Positions 1 to 15,226 of a DNA stretch of 64,000 nucleotides are shown in pieces. Positions within the stretch are counted from its first letter, which is position 1. Each line of letters begins with the position of its first letter. Under the pieces are notes generated by a model. The model had not been told where the DNA came from and searched no databases. It worked only from the letters and a program-made list of their open reading frames with translations. The stretch covers positions 256,246,001 to 256,310,000 of the forward strand of contig OZ024742.1 of assembly GCA_964016885.1 (NCBI GenBank), in the 5' to 3' direction. Both the position numbers and the translations under genes were made by a program. The stretch is from Eledone cirrhosa (taxonomy: Eukaryota).

Positions 1-60
1 TTTACACCCGGCATGATATGGGAAAGAAGCATAATTCAAAGGAAGTTTCAAATGAGAATA

Positions 61-282
61 ATAATAATTTCTAGTATAGGCACAAAGCCGGTAATTTGGG
101 GGAAGGGGAAAGTCGTCTAAATCGATATCAGTGTGTTACTGGTACTTTATTTTGTCGACCCCGTAAGGATGAAAGGCAAAGTTACATCGGCGGGATTTGA
201 AATCAGAACACAAAGGGACGTAACTCTATACCACATAGCATGGTGTCAAACGCTCTACAGATACTGCCAACCCATCTCCCTA
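61..282 (-). mobile_element. tRNA-derived SINE (family 1)
   Basis: The minus strand carries an A-box/B-box-like head and the conserved GCCTTTCATCCTTACGGGGTCGA core. The same sequence recurs more than 10 times in the window. Confidence 0.85.
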
Positions 283-689
283 ACAACAGTAACAATAATA
301 ACTATGAAGCGAAGATGGAGGAGAAATGGAAAATTTTAATATGATATGACGCATTAACGTTATTACTTTCTGCATAATACTTTGTAGATATTTTTACCGT
401 TAAATTAACATTTTTTCTTATTCTTATTCTTCTCTTTGTTAAAACCTCGTCTAATTTCTTTGCGGATATCTATTCATCCTCTTTCACATTTCACTGAATC
501 TCGATGTTTCAAATTGATTGATCATATATAGAATATTGAAGTGATCAATCATAAGTAAAATTGATCTCTTATTAATGTATATTATTTTTGCGTCTTCTAC
601 TTTTTTCATCTATCTCTCTCTCTTCTTTTCGTTTTAACTTTCCTCGTATTTAATTTCATCTGTATCTACAGCTCTCACCTGATCTCCAA

Positions 690-855
<166 letters not shown>

Positions 856-1336
856 CTTTTTTTCTCTTTCTCTCAGTCTCTTGACTTTCATTTTGACTTC
901 ATACATAATCTCTTTTTCTGTCCACACCACCTCTTCTCTCTCACGTTCTTTTACCCTATCATCTCCCCTTTCTTTCACTTCTTTATCATTTTTACTTCCC
1001 TCACACATTCTATATTTCCAACTCACCTCTGCTAAACCCCTCTCACTCCCGCTCTTCCGCTCTATCCAGCTCATATTCAACATCAACAACATTAAAGATG
1101 ATTCTTGGATACGTTCATATTGTTTAATAATACAGTAAATTCGTTTATTTCACCACTTATCAGTCGGATGATTATATAAAGTCCTATCGTTAATGATGTA
1201 GACAAAGTTGACAGGATAAGCTATATAGTAAAAGCACGCAGTATTATGAATAACATTCTTCTAAATTTTCCTTCTCATCTCTCCCACTCACATTTACAAG
1301 TATATACATATGTATAAATGCGTATGTTTTTGTTTT

Positions 1337-1373
<37 letters not shown>

Positions 1374-1792
1374 TCACTCAAACACACATACACACACACT
1401 CACACAAACACACACATACACACACACTAACACAAACACAAAAACACACACACAAACACACACAAACACACACACACACATATATAAATAGATGATCGCC
1501 AGAATCAACAATTTTTCAAGAGACGGCAACTTGAATAATGGACATGATTTTTCCCTAAGAATTTATATTTTCTGTTCTGTTACCGCCCATCCTCCTATAT
1601 CTTTCTATTTCTTCTTTGATTTCTTATTCTATTTTCTGATGAAGAACTAGAGTCCAAAACATTAAAACACTTTTCTTTCTATATCAAACGTAAAATTAAT
1701 AACCTATTTCTTCGTTGTACTGAGTGGTATCCCTTTTGCATACATACATACATGTATACTATATATAACTGATTTAGAGCACTCGATAGGTT

Positions 1793-2674
<882 letters not shown>

Positions 2675-2676
<2 letters not shown>

Positions 2677-2764
2677 GGAGTAAGTAAGACCCCGACGGCT
2701 CAGCTCAAGCCGTTTCGACGTCGAAACGGCTTGAGCTCAGCCGTCGGGGTCTTACTTGTTCTTA
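2675..2764. mobile_element. palindromic mini-element (family X) carrying the 3' half of a hammerhead on each arm
   Basis: Near-perfect palindrome centred on TTTCGACGTCGAAA. The right arm reads GAAAC-GGCTTGAGCTCAGCC-GTC and the left arm differs by one base. Flanked by (TA)n. Relatives lie at 14523-14717 and 35661-35862. Confidence 0.8.
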
Positions 2765-2785
2765 TATATATATATATATATATAC

Positions 2786-2860
<75 letters not shown>

Positions 2861-2887
2861 TATATATATATATGTGTATATATATAC

Positions 2888-2971
<84 letters not shown>

Positions 2972-3419
2972 TAATATAGAAAAGATTCTACAGAGCATTC
3001 TCACGAATGAAACAATTTTGGTCCTGTAGAAGCTTTTCTATATTAAAACATTTATACTCTGCTATGTATTGAGTACCTTACTTACTGTGGTTACCCCGAG
3101 TCAACCCGGAATAACTTATATATATATATAGAATAAGAAAATGCGAAGTAGTTTCAGATGTTAAAGCCCTTTATTGATAATGCTGTGGTACATATTTTAA
3201 TGACGAGAGTGGCCACACGACTCCCAGTGCCATGACATCACCAGACAGCTTCTTATGTAATAAGGTTACGTTCCCGAGGCAATCATAATTGAAACGACAA
3301 GGGAACAGACAAAGCGTGTGTTCCTGAATCCTTCGCCCGGAACGTAACCTGTCTGATGAGGTACGAACATGCCAAACTAGAACACGAGTGTTAAATTAAT
3401 AACGGAAATAAAGAACATA

Positions 3420-3900
3420 ATCAGACATAGATCTGACGCAACATTCAGTCAATTACGGAGGTCACTCACCTCATAGAAGATAGTCCAAGCCTGAATAAAA
3501 AATAAGAGTGGAATAGTAACAACCCGCAATTTAATGACGGAAGACAGAATATAATCACAAAGAAAAAAACAAGACACAAACAGCAAGACCCCAAACTATA
3601 TAAAGGCACACACATATAAAACATTCGTAGACATGGCAAATACACACAGAAACGCAGTACAGACACAAGACCAACACAAATTGCACCACCAATTAAACAA
3701 AGAAAATAGTGAGTAGAAATTTAAGTCCACGGAAAGAGGAGACAGAAAACAAATAATCAAAGAATGTGTGACGAAAGAACTTTGAAAAACTAATGAATAA
3801 CGAACAATAGAGATGGATTGAAAATTATATTGTGCACGTGTTTCTTTCTATTGGCAGTTTTGGCAACATGGCCATCCCTAAATATAACATTGTTCCAACT
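3420..3900 (+). mobile_element. degenerate 3' end of a Penelope-like element (ORF C-terminus plus pLTR)
   Basis: Translates ...EDSPSLNKK*EWN, a PLE-like C-terminal P-x-LN motif. GTGACGAAAGAACTTTGA and TTGGCAACATG..CC.TCCC match the hammerhead-bearing repeat at 34975-35280. Confidence 0.55.
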
Positions 3901-4125
3901 CGTTACCAAGCCTACCTAACTGTTTATCCTGTTTACCCTCTTTATGTTCGATTTGTTTACTTTACTTGAACATCCTTTATTTCTGTTTCTCGTTTATGAT
4001 CATGTCTCTAGTTTGTACTTTTAAAGAACGGATTAAGCCTGACACGTCAGAATTTCCCTCCCTTTCCCATATAATGCGTTAAACTAATAAGACTTGTTGT
4101 ACCTTTGTGTGTTGTCTCCTTGAAC

Positions 4126-4156
<31 letters not shown>

Positions 4157-4157
<1 letters not shown>

Positions 4158-4440
4158 AGTGTGAAGAACAGTCAAACAAAATGTATCCAATTCTTTTCTT
4201 CCTTAGTCCCTAGAAACCAACCAGATAAATAATCATTTAAACGGAGCTAAGTTTAAAATGTAACTTTGAAGAAATAACAGATAAATATTGCAGACTTTCC
4301 TCTGTGAGGAACAGGCAGATAAAATGTACCTAGTCTTTCCTCTTAGTCCGTAGAAATTAACTTGACAAATAATCAATTAAACGGAGCTACGTCTAAAATA
4401 TAAGTCTGAAGAAAAAAATATAGATAAACATTACCAAAAA
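4157..4440 (+). repeat. diverged tandem duplication of about 145 bp
   Basis: TGTGA.GAACAG...TTAGTCC.TAGAAA...AAACGGAGCTA occurs twice (about 4160 and about 4303). Confidence 0.75.
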
Positions 4441-4447
4441 TTCTTGT

Positions 4448-4535
4448 AGTCCCGACTATTGATAGTTTCGCTCGTACTTTGTGGATATGTCTAATCGTAG
4501 CATTATCCATGAGGCTTCGAGCTTTTCAAGTCACT
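4448..4535 (-). ncRNA. degenerate type I hammerhead relic
   Basis: Minus strand: TTGAAAA (decayed CUGANGA), GCTCG...CGAGC stem II, GAAA, CTATCAATAG stem III, GUC triplet. Confidence 0.5.
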
Positions 4536-4867
4536 GCGTCAGTTAGGACTAATTTTCTAAAGTTATCGCCGTCAGTAACGAATTCAAAAGGGGTGAAAAA
4601 TATCTCGTGACTAGCGGTCAAAGTAGAATAGTTGTGAAGGGTAGGCCGGATGTCAAGTAGATTCATTGCTAAAAAAAGCAGTTAGTTACCGCCTAAGGTT
4701 TACTCAACCGTAAGGCAGTATAGAATAAATTCATAAGGACATATATGTATATATGTAAACATAGTCACAGATACATATACGAGTGTTGGCTACTCGATGA
4801 ATGAATGAATTAAGTAAATAAGTATTAATCAGAGCTAGATAATGAGTTCGAAGGACAGTCAGACAAC

Positions 4868-4927
<60 letters not shown>

Positions 4928-4991
4928 GAAGTTTTACTTGTATACATACTTTAGGAAACCGAGACTACTCTAATATGTGTGTGTACATGTA

Positions 4992-5052
<61 letters not shown>

Positions 5053-6665
5053 GTAATATGTAAACTTCCTCAATCTATTTTCAGACTTAATTGGTTTCTT
5101 ATCAAAAGGCCTGTATATCATCCCTAAATATGTTTAAGAATTATTTAATTTTATCTGACATTTTTATTTTCTGTCTTTTAAAAATGTGTATATTTATATA
5201 CACATTAGTGCAGTGAAGTTTATCCACTCTGTATGTATATATACATAACTTCATTGGACAGGTCGGCTCCTAGTACAATTCTTATAATATTTTATGTATG
5301 TATGTAATGTGTATATAAATGAATACACATACACCATATATATCTACCCGCTTTCTTTCTCTCTTTCTCTCACTCTAATGATTTCCCGATATAAATATGT
5401 TTACATATCTAAATACCTCTAAATGTTTTATCAGTAATCACTGCTAAGTTCAATTTTATGAGTTCAAATATATGTCTATCTCACGTGTTTCCAACATATA
5501 TTTTTCGTTGTGAAGCTGCGTGTTTTAATGTTTGAACGTTAGGCTGAATCATTTGCTGAAGAAAATAAACACACACATTGAAAATGATGTGACATCTCTG
5601 ATATTCATTTCCTTCTTGATAGAATCGCAGTGTCACATATTTAGGCATTTTAAGCTGACGGAACCTCTCTTGGTCTGAATATAGTTGTTTTCTTTCAGAG
5701 AAATATAGAAATAAAGATAGTGAGAGTGAGAAAAAATACAAAAACAGAATCGTACTTGACAGTTACTTTATTTATCGACCTCAAAATAAGAACGCAGAAC
5801 TCTGGAACGAATGTTGTAAATCCTTCTATTCAGCTTTCTAACGTTTCTGCCGCCTTAATTGAACAATTTAGTGGCATAATAGGAATGTACAGACTCGAAA
5901 CTACTGATTGCGTCGCAGGGGTGCCATATTGACATACACCACTTTTTGGCGCTTTTTATACCTGATCTGAACAGGAGAAAGTGTGATAGTAAAAGAGCGA
6001 GAAAGCAGGATAGAGGAATAATCGACTCGAATACTAGATTGGTACTTTTCAACCTCAAAAATATTGTAGAAAAAAATGAACCAGGCATGATTTCAACTCA
6101 GAGATCACAGAGCCAGAACGAATCCCACAAATAATTTTATCCGATGTTCTGACAAGTCTGCCAATTTGCCATGTCTGGCACAGAGAATAAATAAATAAAT
6201 AAGCAAATAAATAAATAAATGAATAAATAAATAATGGTTAACAGTAAATTTAGTATCATTTTATTTTTCTATGGTTTATGCGGCCTTTCTGTGTGCGTAA
6301 ATTAGATCCAGCTAATATATTGTTCAAGATGTTAGTTAGAAATAAACTGCCATAGCACATTAATATTATAATGTAGCCAATTATTTATAAGACACAGCGT
6401 GATTTCCAACGATGTTTTAGAATGAAACGTCCTGGCTTTACGGACCTTCCCACGAATATTCCACAGTTGATTATTGATTATCTCACCTCTTAATTTAATT
6501 ATACTCCACATTTCACACAATTGTAAAATGCTTGCAGCTAAATGAACAACATAATGTTCTTCAAACTTGAAGATATTTCCATCAGCTTGATCAACTCCGT
6601 GTCATATTACTGATGGCATATCAGAAAGAAATTCACAATAATTCACTCCATATAATACCCATCGG

Positions 6666-6752
<87 letters not shown>

Positions 6753-6811
6753 ATGTGTGAGTACATGTGTGAATGGTATGAAATATATATATATATATAT
6801 ATATGTGGGTG

Positions 6812-6857
<46 letters not shown>

Positions 6858-8344
6858 CGTACATACATACATGTATATGTATGCATATACATGCATGTAT
6901 ATATGTATGTATGTAAATAATGTGCACTTACACGTGCATACACACATATATGTCTTCAAAATAATGGCTACTATAAACTATAATGACACATAAACCCCAG
7001 TGGTTGTTATGTGCTATATATAAGCCTTCTGTCGCACATATTCCTTCCTCTAAGCGATACACTAATTAGATGACTTGTTAACAAAGTTAGATAGTTAGAT
7101 TGTTTAACGGAAGTTCGTCGAAATATTTCTCCTCAACTTAACGTCACGTTTTATTTCCCTAACGCGGATTCTAATAAGAAAATTGTTATAATTTGGCCCA
7201 CATTAGTAGTAAATGTTACGGCTACAATGTTAATGAATTAAAACATGCCTGTGAAATGCTCCGTCACCTACACAGTAATTCACGAGCAGGCGGCTCCGTT
7301 GATGCATGAAATGAGAGATCTATCGTTCTGAATTATTATCTGGAAATATTATTGAAAGCCATTTTTACTGAGAAAATATAATCTACACTCTCCCGACCAA
7401 TATTGAATGTTCAAACAGATATATCTCTAATGTTTTAAATTCCTGTATTAGTTATTAGCATGGCTGGTTCACGATCAACGCGTGGTATCCTTTATTTCAC
7501 TATGTTCTTGTTCACTCAGCTGGCAAAAATCACTGGTTATGTGTTATAAATCCGACCGAAGATGGCCTAAATTTTCGCTTAAGGAAACTGGTGTGCTGGA
7601 GCATATAATTAGATCTACCGCAAACGTGCAAGATTCTGTTTCAAAAGCAGAAATTTTGAAATTCATTATACAGTACGTATATACTAAGTTATGATATGTT
7701 GAATTCAAACATATATCGTTGTTAAAATATATAGTAAATAGTGCATTATCTATTATTCTAACGTATTGTATTTACTCAGTAGTTCTTAAAAAGTAGGTTC
7801 TGTCACCCGCCTAAACCAAAGTCAAAATTATAGTCCAAACGGTGTAAAATGCATATTTGTACTAAAGTTCATATATAAATGAGAAACTCTTAAACTAAGA
7901 ATAAATCCATTGACAAACAAACAACAACACGAAATAAATGTTTCTCTACGATAACCTTGCTTCATTTACCGACTAAAGAAGGAAATACAAATAATTATTT
8001 TCTGCATCTATATTTCTACGTTATTCTAGAATAATATTTATAAATACTTATTTGCAAAAAGTTCGAATTTAAGTAAAATGACGGCGCGAAAATATAATTT
8101 TACCTGTTATATAGATATTACATATAGAAATATACAGGTGTTTTATATATAATTCTACAGATGATTTATATATAAATCTACAGATGGCTTATATATAAAC
8201 ATACATATATATTTTAGATATGACCCTAGAGATGATATATATATATAATCATACATATATTTTCTATATAAATCTCCAGATGTTTTATATATGAATTTTG
8301 AGATGGTTTATATATATATATATGTATAGATATAGATATATAAT

Positions 8345-9055
8345 TGAGATGAGCGGAACAAGCAAACAGTAAACTATATTTTAAATAAATTAAAATACGA
8401 TTTAAATATTTACCTATTCAAAATGTTTTAACCGACGGTTTCGCCTCACAAAAGATTGGAAATCCAAAGGATTTCCAATGGAAAGTTCGGCTCTTCATAA
8501 TGCTATTTCCATTCTATATGACGTAAAGTCTCACAGTTTGTAAATATATATATAGCGTAGAGTCAGTTCGTTAAAATGACCCACACATAAACTGGTCGTT
8601 AGTAAAAGTGGGAATATTAGACACGTGTTGTTTGCCACACTACTAAAAATAGCAGTTAGGTACAACGCTTTTTTCTCTACACACATGGGAGAATATACAT
8701 AAAATGAGATTAATATCCTTACAGGTATTAAGTACCCCGTGAAATATATAGGGTGTCTATAATACATTTGTTGTTCAATGGTATTAATTTGAGATACCAG
8801 AACTATAAAATTGGGATGAGCGGAACGAGCTAACATTAAACAATCTTTTAAATAAATTAAAATACCTTTTGAATAGGTAAATATTTAAATCGTATTTTAA
8901 TTTATTTAAAATATTGTTTAATGTTTGCTTGTTCCGCTCATGTCAAATGTATAGTTTTGGTATCTCAAGTTAATACCATTGAACAACAAATGTATTATAG
9001 ACACCCCATATATTTCCGTGGATACTTAGTACCTGTCGGGATATTAATCTCATTT

Positions 9056-9062
<7 letters not shown>
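8345..9062. repeat. fold-back cassette: inverted arms about 8692-8866 and 8892-9062, plus a third partial copy and a hammerhead relic at about 8428-8500 (-)
   Basis: ORFs 8531-8836(-) and 8921-9187(+) share NTIEQQMYYRHPIYF because the arms are inverted. The minus strand has ATGAAGA-GCC...GGC-GAAA-CCGTCGG-TT. Confidence 0.8.
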
Positions 9063-9089
<27 letters not shown>

Positions 9090-9690
9090 ATATATACAGA
9101 TGTTTTATATATGAAGCATCATCTCCGGAAGAAATGAAGCAAATATATTCGTCACCTCATTATCTCTGCCAACTAATTAAAACCTAAGCTAATGCATCGA
9201 CCATTATATATATGGTGTCGCAGAATTTTCAATAATTAGCGCCAAAGTATCAAATGTAGACACTATTGATAGCAACTCTTACAGACAGTTGGGGTGAAAT
9301 AGATAGAACACTCTAATAGAACTTCTCAGCGAAATTAGTTAGACAAGTATAACTTAATCAACATAAAAATCATCAAATCACCATAAACAAAGTAGTCATG
9401 ACATGATATAACTAGGTTAACGTACAAAGATGAAAGTAATATTGTTTTGTCATTTTCTAACTTCGTGACATTGTCTTAGTTAAATTAGTTATCTTGAATT
9501 GTCTAACTGTGCGTGGTAATATCACTTTTCAATTATATTAATGGAGATTACTAAAAAAAATAACGTTTTTATCAGCGTGAAACTAAGTTTGTAAGGAAAC
9601 TTTCTCCCATTTGGTTTTGTTTTAATTTTAATTATACATTAAATTCTGAACATTATGATTTAAAATATAATAAAAATATGTGATTAAATC

Positions 9691-10420
9691 TACGAGGACC
9701 GTCAGAGGAAAATGTGACCTTTTGCCGATAAAGATGTTAATTATATAGTGGGGATATATTCATAAACACTTTGCATCAATACAATCCTTTTTCCGGGGTG
9801 TTGGTCTTTTCTTTTGTCATGGTTCGCAAAGTTCGTACTCGGCTCTCCAAACTGGGACCTTTCTGTGGCATCTTCATATGGGAGAGCAACTAGATATCAG
9901 ATAGTGCCGTTTATGTAGAGCAGGAAATATGTTTCTAGCCAAAATTCCTTGCATCAGTTGAATGATCCGAGGAAATGAGATGATGGAGCTTCCAGTTTTA
10001 AAAGGCCCGAAGTGCCAGTCACTTGAGTCGAAAATTCCTGATTGTAATCCTTTCTAACAATTTGTCCTTCTTGTGTACATTCGTGATATACAATGTTTCG
10101 AAGTACGAAGTCAGGAACACCTTCATTTTGCTCCGCACATGGCGTGCTATTTTCTGCCTTGGTGATATTGGATACTTCCGCTGTAATATACTATTATTAA
10201 GATGTTTACTATTGTTTCTCTTGTGACATTTTCAATAAAACCCTATTGAATTTTTCGAGAAATTTCCGTTTGGTTATATCCAAGATATTTACAAAACATG
10301 ATGCAATATCCTTATTCCACACATTCCCTCGTAATGTACGACAGTAAAATGCGACGAGTAAGTAGTACAATAGCTCACACATTAAATGGCTGACAGCTAG
10401 TGATGCGTCCATCTAACTCA
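9691..10420 (-). mobile_element. mariner-type DNA transposon relic
   Basis: The minus strand translates SPRQKIARHVRSKMKVFL...IVYHECTQEGQIV, resembling the mariner transposase SPRPKKARxxRSxxKVML...HEFxPxGQTV. The left end starts TACGAGG, like a mariner TIR. Confidence 0.7.
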
Positions 10421-10477
10421 CCTAAAACAACGCATACATGTGAATGTATACGGCTAGACTGAGCACATATTTACCCC

Positions 10478-10920
10478 CAGCTCGAGCCGGTGGGGCTGGA
10501 ACGAGGAGACAGCAAGAGGCCAGATGGCATGACCATCTTCCCTTTCCAAGGTGGCAAACCCCTCGTCTGGGATGCCACTTGCACCGCCACTTTCTGCAGC
10601 CGCAACCTGGTGCAGTCTGCGACTGACCGAGGTTCTGCTGCACGTCGGGCTGAGGGGGCCAAACTCCTAAAATACCGGTCGCTCTCCGACAGGTTTGCGG
10701 TTGTACCCCTGGCAGTGGAGACTTCTGGTGTCCTCGGCCCCAGGGCTACCTCTTTACTCACCACCATATGCGCTGTCTGGACAGCCGCAGTTGTGAGCTC
10801 CGCGAGTTGGAGTGGCTCTTCCAGCGCTTCTCCCTCGCCGTCCTCCGGAGAAACGCCATCTCCATTCTGTCCGCCGGGTAGTTTGTGGGCCCCATCACGT
10901 ACCGTTGTAATTGTTGTAGA
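10478..10920 (+). mobile_element. 3' fragment of a CRE-like (RLE) non-LTR retrotransposon
   Basis: KRPDGMTIFPFQGGKPLVWDATC...KLLKY...PLAVETSG are restriction-like endonuclease motifs. Highly similar to 25690-26135. Confidence 0.85.
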
Positions 10921-11742
10921 AGAAACAGGAAGACAGCAACTGGAAAGTTTGACTAGCTTCCTTGTGATTGTTTCATGTTTATATCCATATGTTATGCTAT
11001 GATACCAATATCTTTCAATTAAACATCTGTACTTATACAAGAAATCAACAAACTTGGAAATTATATCTCTAAATTATATTTTGTATAGATCCAATAAAAT
11101 TGCTCTCAGAAACAGACCATCAACACATTTACTTCCTTTACGACATGACATTCAACTTGACAACAAAGTCGGGAACGTTTTCCGTCCACATCGTATGTTA
11201 TCACCGTATCAATGCCCACTATACAAATACTTAAAACTATTTAGAGTAACAAATTGTTTAAAACGTAATCGTGACGGTTAAATCCGATATGTGTGTATGT
11301 ATGTACGTCTATGTACAAATGTGTGTGTACGAGGGGGTGTTTGAGGTGTGTGTCAGTGTCTGATTATAAAAAACCTGACCATTTTGTTGACTTTAACACA
11401 GCATGCTAATACAACCACTAACAATAAAACCTTTTGTCTGCTTAGAATAATTGAACCTTGAAAAATAAGGAGCGCCTGCATTTGTATCCCTCTGTATTTT
11501 ATATAAGTATATTTTTCCCTAAGTATAGTTTTTTCAAAAATCCCCCTTCTTTAAATCCATCAGCCAATGACCTACAATCAGCACCTTCCCCTATCGCCAG
11601 AAAATGTATAAATATCACCATAACACATTAACAGTCAGCTATTTTGATGATTTCCTCTGAAAGAAATAGTTCTAGTCCTGTAGAAGCCATTACTGTAATC
11701 ACCACCTATTGAACCCGCGACACACACACACACACACAAACC

Positions 11743-11777
<35 letters not shown>

Positions 11778-11780
<3 letters not shown>

Positions 11781-12732
11781 TCAAGTAAGAAGATTGACAT
11801 GGTTCGCTATACAATAAGGGCTTTATTCACATTGCTGACAATCGTTTCTTTGATCGGGTAGGTCTAGAGTTCGCTATACGCCTGATATTGCGCCAATCGA
11901 TCTCCAATACTTTGTTTATAACCAGTCTCTTTCATCGGAGCGGGTGAAATGAAGAAAATACATAAGGCATGGTTTTTATATAAGTGTGGTTTTAAACCGG
12001 AACAATAGTATCAATTATAAAATAAAATAACTAGATAGCATACAATTAAAATAATTGTTTCTACTTTTTGGCACAAGGCCAGCGATTATCCAGTACATTA
12101 CTGGTACTTTATTTTATCGACCCCCGTAAGGATGAAAGGCAAAGTTAACCACGGTGGGATTTGAATACAATTAAAATACTAACAGCAATGTAAGTAAGCA
12201 TATAGCAGTTTTCACATGTCAATTCCATACATCTGTATCATAACATGCTAGATTCTCCATTATACTCTATCTCTTACTTACATTGATGTTATTATTTTAA
12301 TTGTATGCTATGTAGTTATTTTATTTTATTATTGATAGTTCTGGTTTAATACCACACTTTTATAAAAACCATGCCTTATGTATTTTCTTCATTTCACCCG
12401 CTCCAATGAAACATACTGGTTATAAACAAAGTAGTGGAGATCGATTGGCGAGAAATCAGGCGTATAGCGAACTCTAGATCTGCCAGATCAAAGAAACAAT
12501 TGTCAGCAATGTGAATAAAGCCCTTATTGTATAGCGAACCATGTCAATCTTCTTTCTTGAATTATTATTACTCCAAGTATAACCTACATCGAAATCACCG
12601 CGAACTCGCAGCATCACAATGGAAACGTCTTGTTGAATCAAACTAAGCCACACGTTAATACTATTCACTACAAGGACTACTCCAACTGGACTACATCTAA
12701 GTGGACTGCCATAACGATAACTTGTTACCCCG

Positions 12733-12735
<3 letters not shown>
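11778..12735. mobile_element. fold-back cassette with long-loop hammerhead variants, a tail on the right arm and a SINE in the left arm
   Basis: Arms about 11778-12205 and 12270-12565 are reverse complements. The right arm continues about 170 bp to (TA)n. Motif: GCT-CC(G/A)ATGA...GAAA-CAATTG-TC-AGC. Confidence 0.85.
12053..12165 (-). mobile_element. truncated SINE family 1 with target-site duplication
   Basis: SINE core flanked by ATACAATTAAAATA direct repeats (about 12039 and 12165). It is absent from the mirror arm. Confidence 0.85.
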
Positions 12736-12774
<39 letters not shown>

Positions 12775-13119
12775 CTAGTATCATTAGTAATCCACAATGG
12801 AGGAAGCACTCGATATTTATGAGAGAGTAAATATAGAAGTAAATATAAGTTCAAAGTTTCATTTTCTCACAATGTTTGCTACGTTGTTTTTAGGAAAATT
12901 TGTGTTCATCCATCCCATACTCCAGAACAAAGGAAAATGTGATAGGTAAACTGCCTTCTTTTGCGTTTGCAAATTTGAAGAACAAAACACATAAATACAT
13001 AAATTCATAACTAAAATACGACATCGCTAGGCTCCGATATCCAGTTTAAAATTATTTTGTCTGAAAATAAATGTAATATGAAATTTGTATTAGTACACTA
13101 AATAATAGACCTGTAGATG

Positions 13120-13530
13120 CAGTCTGGCCAAATGATTAAGAATTTTCTTTCATAATTATTAGGTCCATGTTTTGACTCCACTCCATATCGTCTTGGTTAC
13201 GTGTTAGTTAACACAGCCTTGGATCGACCCAAGACTTATGAGTAACACTGAATAGACGGAAATTGTTTCGAAACCCGTCAGTTAGACTGTATCTATAATT
13301 CAAAGACCAGCCTTCTCATAAACTATGTCAAAATGACCACCGCTGCGAATTACATTAAATGTACACCTCTCAGTAGAATATTAAGTCAGTTACCGGATAT
13401 TTTCATGAGCAGGCTGTTTATTCATTTTGGCATGCTGAGTATTTCTGATAAATATGTTAATTGAGCAGTTGTGGGATGTTTTGCCACTTATATAATAATT
13501 TCACGAGCAGGTATTTCCATTCATCAATTA
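13120..13530 (+). mobile_element. second, older SINE-like repeat family
   Basis: tRNA-like head, and a 3' block (TTCACGAGCAGG) shared with 7240-7310. Reverse-oriented relatives at about 19420-19620, 20870-21120 and 57640-58095. Confidence 0.45.
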
Positions 13531-14522
13531 AATGAACTAAAAACCATCTAATCTGACGAATGTCCATTTCATGTAGTTGTAGAGTCAGTCGTTTTCCCTG
13601 ATTCTAATATATCATCTTCCCATTTGTGTAAAAGTAAAGGCGAAACCGATAACAGAGGTATGTTCTCTATACTATTCTACAACCGCATACATTAGCAGCT
13701 TTAAACGCTCTGTGTCGTCGTAACATGTTGCTGGCGTTCTATAAAGGACAACTGATATACTATCTTGTTTAGTTTGTTCTTTATTCAACATTACAATGAA
13801 ATGTGAATTACGATGTAATTTAATTGGAAGGAATATCTGGAGCCGTGAAATATATTAAAAGCATATGTTACGATGCATTTCACTAGATGGTAATAAATTG
13901 TATTTTTCTTGGAACACTAAATAGAAAATCGTAAATTGAGCTCTCCGTACAAAATAAAATATGAAAAAAATATTTGTTTGATGACACCTATGTATGAATT
14001 TGTTCATGAGAAAATAGGCTTACAGAAAAACACAATTCTACATTGTATAATCACATAACTGCATTTTAATTAAATAATGGCTCCTGATTTAGGCTCATGA
14101 CCAGCAATTCTTCTGTCGATTAAACTTCACTGTGATATTATTTGGTCAAACACGTGAGGATGAATTGCAAAGAAAGGATTTTAACACAGGAGAGAAAAAG
14201 ACAGATCAATGAACATGAGGCATTCTCCGACTCCCTGACGATTCTACCAATCTACCATATCTAAATAATATCGCGCACAAATAGTATCATCGAATATCCA
14301 GGCTATCTGAGTTTGACTAATTATAAGTATAATATGAAAAAGAGGGTATCTCCTGACGATGGTCAATTAAATTTCCTCATGGAGGCATAGCTCCATGTAA
14401 GGTGTATTATGAAGGACTTGCAGTGGCCCATGCACGTCAATATTTTTTCTTTACATCACTGAGGTTGATCAAATTTTGTATAAGTGTATCAGAAAATATT
14501 TCATATATATATATATATATAT

Positions 14523-14717
14523 AACGAAGGAAATGTGGTAAGGAACCAGGTGGACCATAACGCACCAAAGTACTCAATACTTGAGGTAGTAGAGTGGGTA
14601 ATAGGAACCAGTAAGACCCCGACAGCTGAGCTCAAGCCGTTTCGACGGCTAATTCTGGACCAGAATTAGCCGTCGAAACGGCTTGAGCTCAGCTGTCGGG
14701 GTCTTACTGGTTCCTAT
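14523..14717. mobile_element. family X palindromic mini-element with a tail on the left arm
   Basis: Palindrome 14601-14717 centred on CTGGACCAG. The extra ~80 bp (14523-14600) is the reverse complement of the tail at 35785-35862. Flanked by (TA)n. Confidence 0.85.
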
Positions 14718-14727
14718 ATATATATAT

Positions 14728-15167
14728 ATGAATGTATGTATAGGATATTTGGCAATATACTGTAGGTTTAATTAAAAACATTTAGAAGATGTATAATCAG
14801 GAGCTGATAATACAGAGCGATTGCCGGTCCAGCAAAAATTCATTCAAAGCACCAATCCTAATACATAATTTTTGTTGGACTGCCAATCGCTCTATATAAT
14901 CAGCTCCTGATTATTACTGGAATTCTATAAGAATCCAGCTTCCATAATTTTCAGCGAAAGCAGGGAGTAAGTGGCTCTCATGAATTCCAACCAGCGTGAA
15001 ACAGACTGTCAGTTCCTCTCCCTTATTTCGCCGAAAAGAAGTGACATAGTCACTACTTTAAAACTGATAGCGTATGATCTTCTAAATGGTTTTAATTAAA
15101 CATACGGTATATTGCCAAATATACTATACATACATTCATGTATACATCGCTATTCCAGAGCACCAAT

Positions 15168-15172
<5 letters not shown>
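14728..15172. repeat. nested inverted-repeat cassette with hammerhead-like motif (14973-15014, +)
   Basis: Outer arms 14728-14790 and 15077-15139; inner arms 14794-14840 and 14867-14913. Motif CTCATGA...GAAA-CAGACTG-TC. A related piece lies at 46706-46840. Confidence 0.7.

Positions 15173-15226
<54 letters not shown>

Noticed and set aside
3345-3400. CTGATGAGGTAC as an intact hammerhead
   Set aside because: No GAAA after the putative stem II and no convincing stem I partner. A relic at best.
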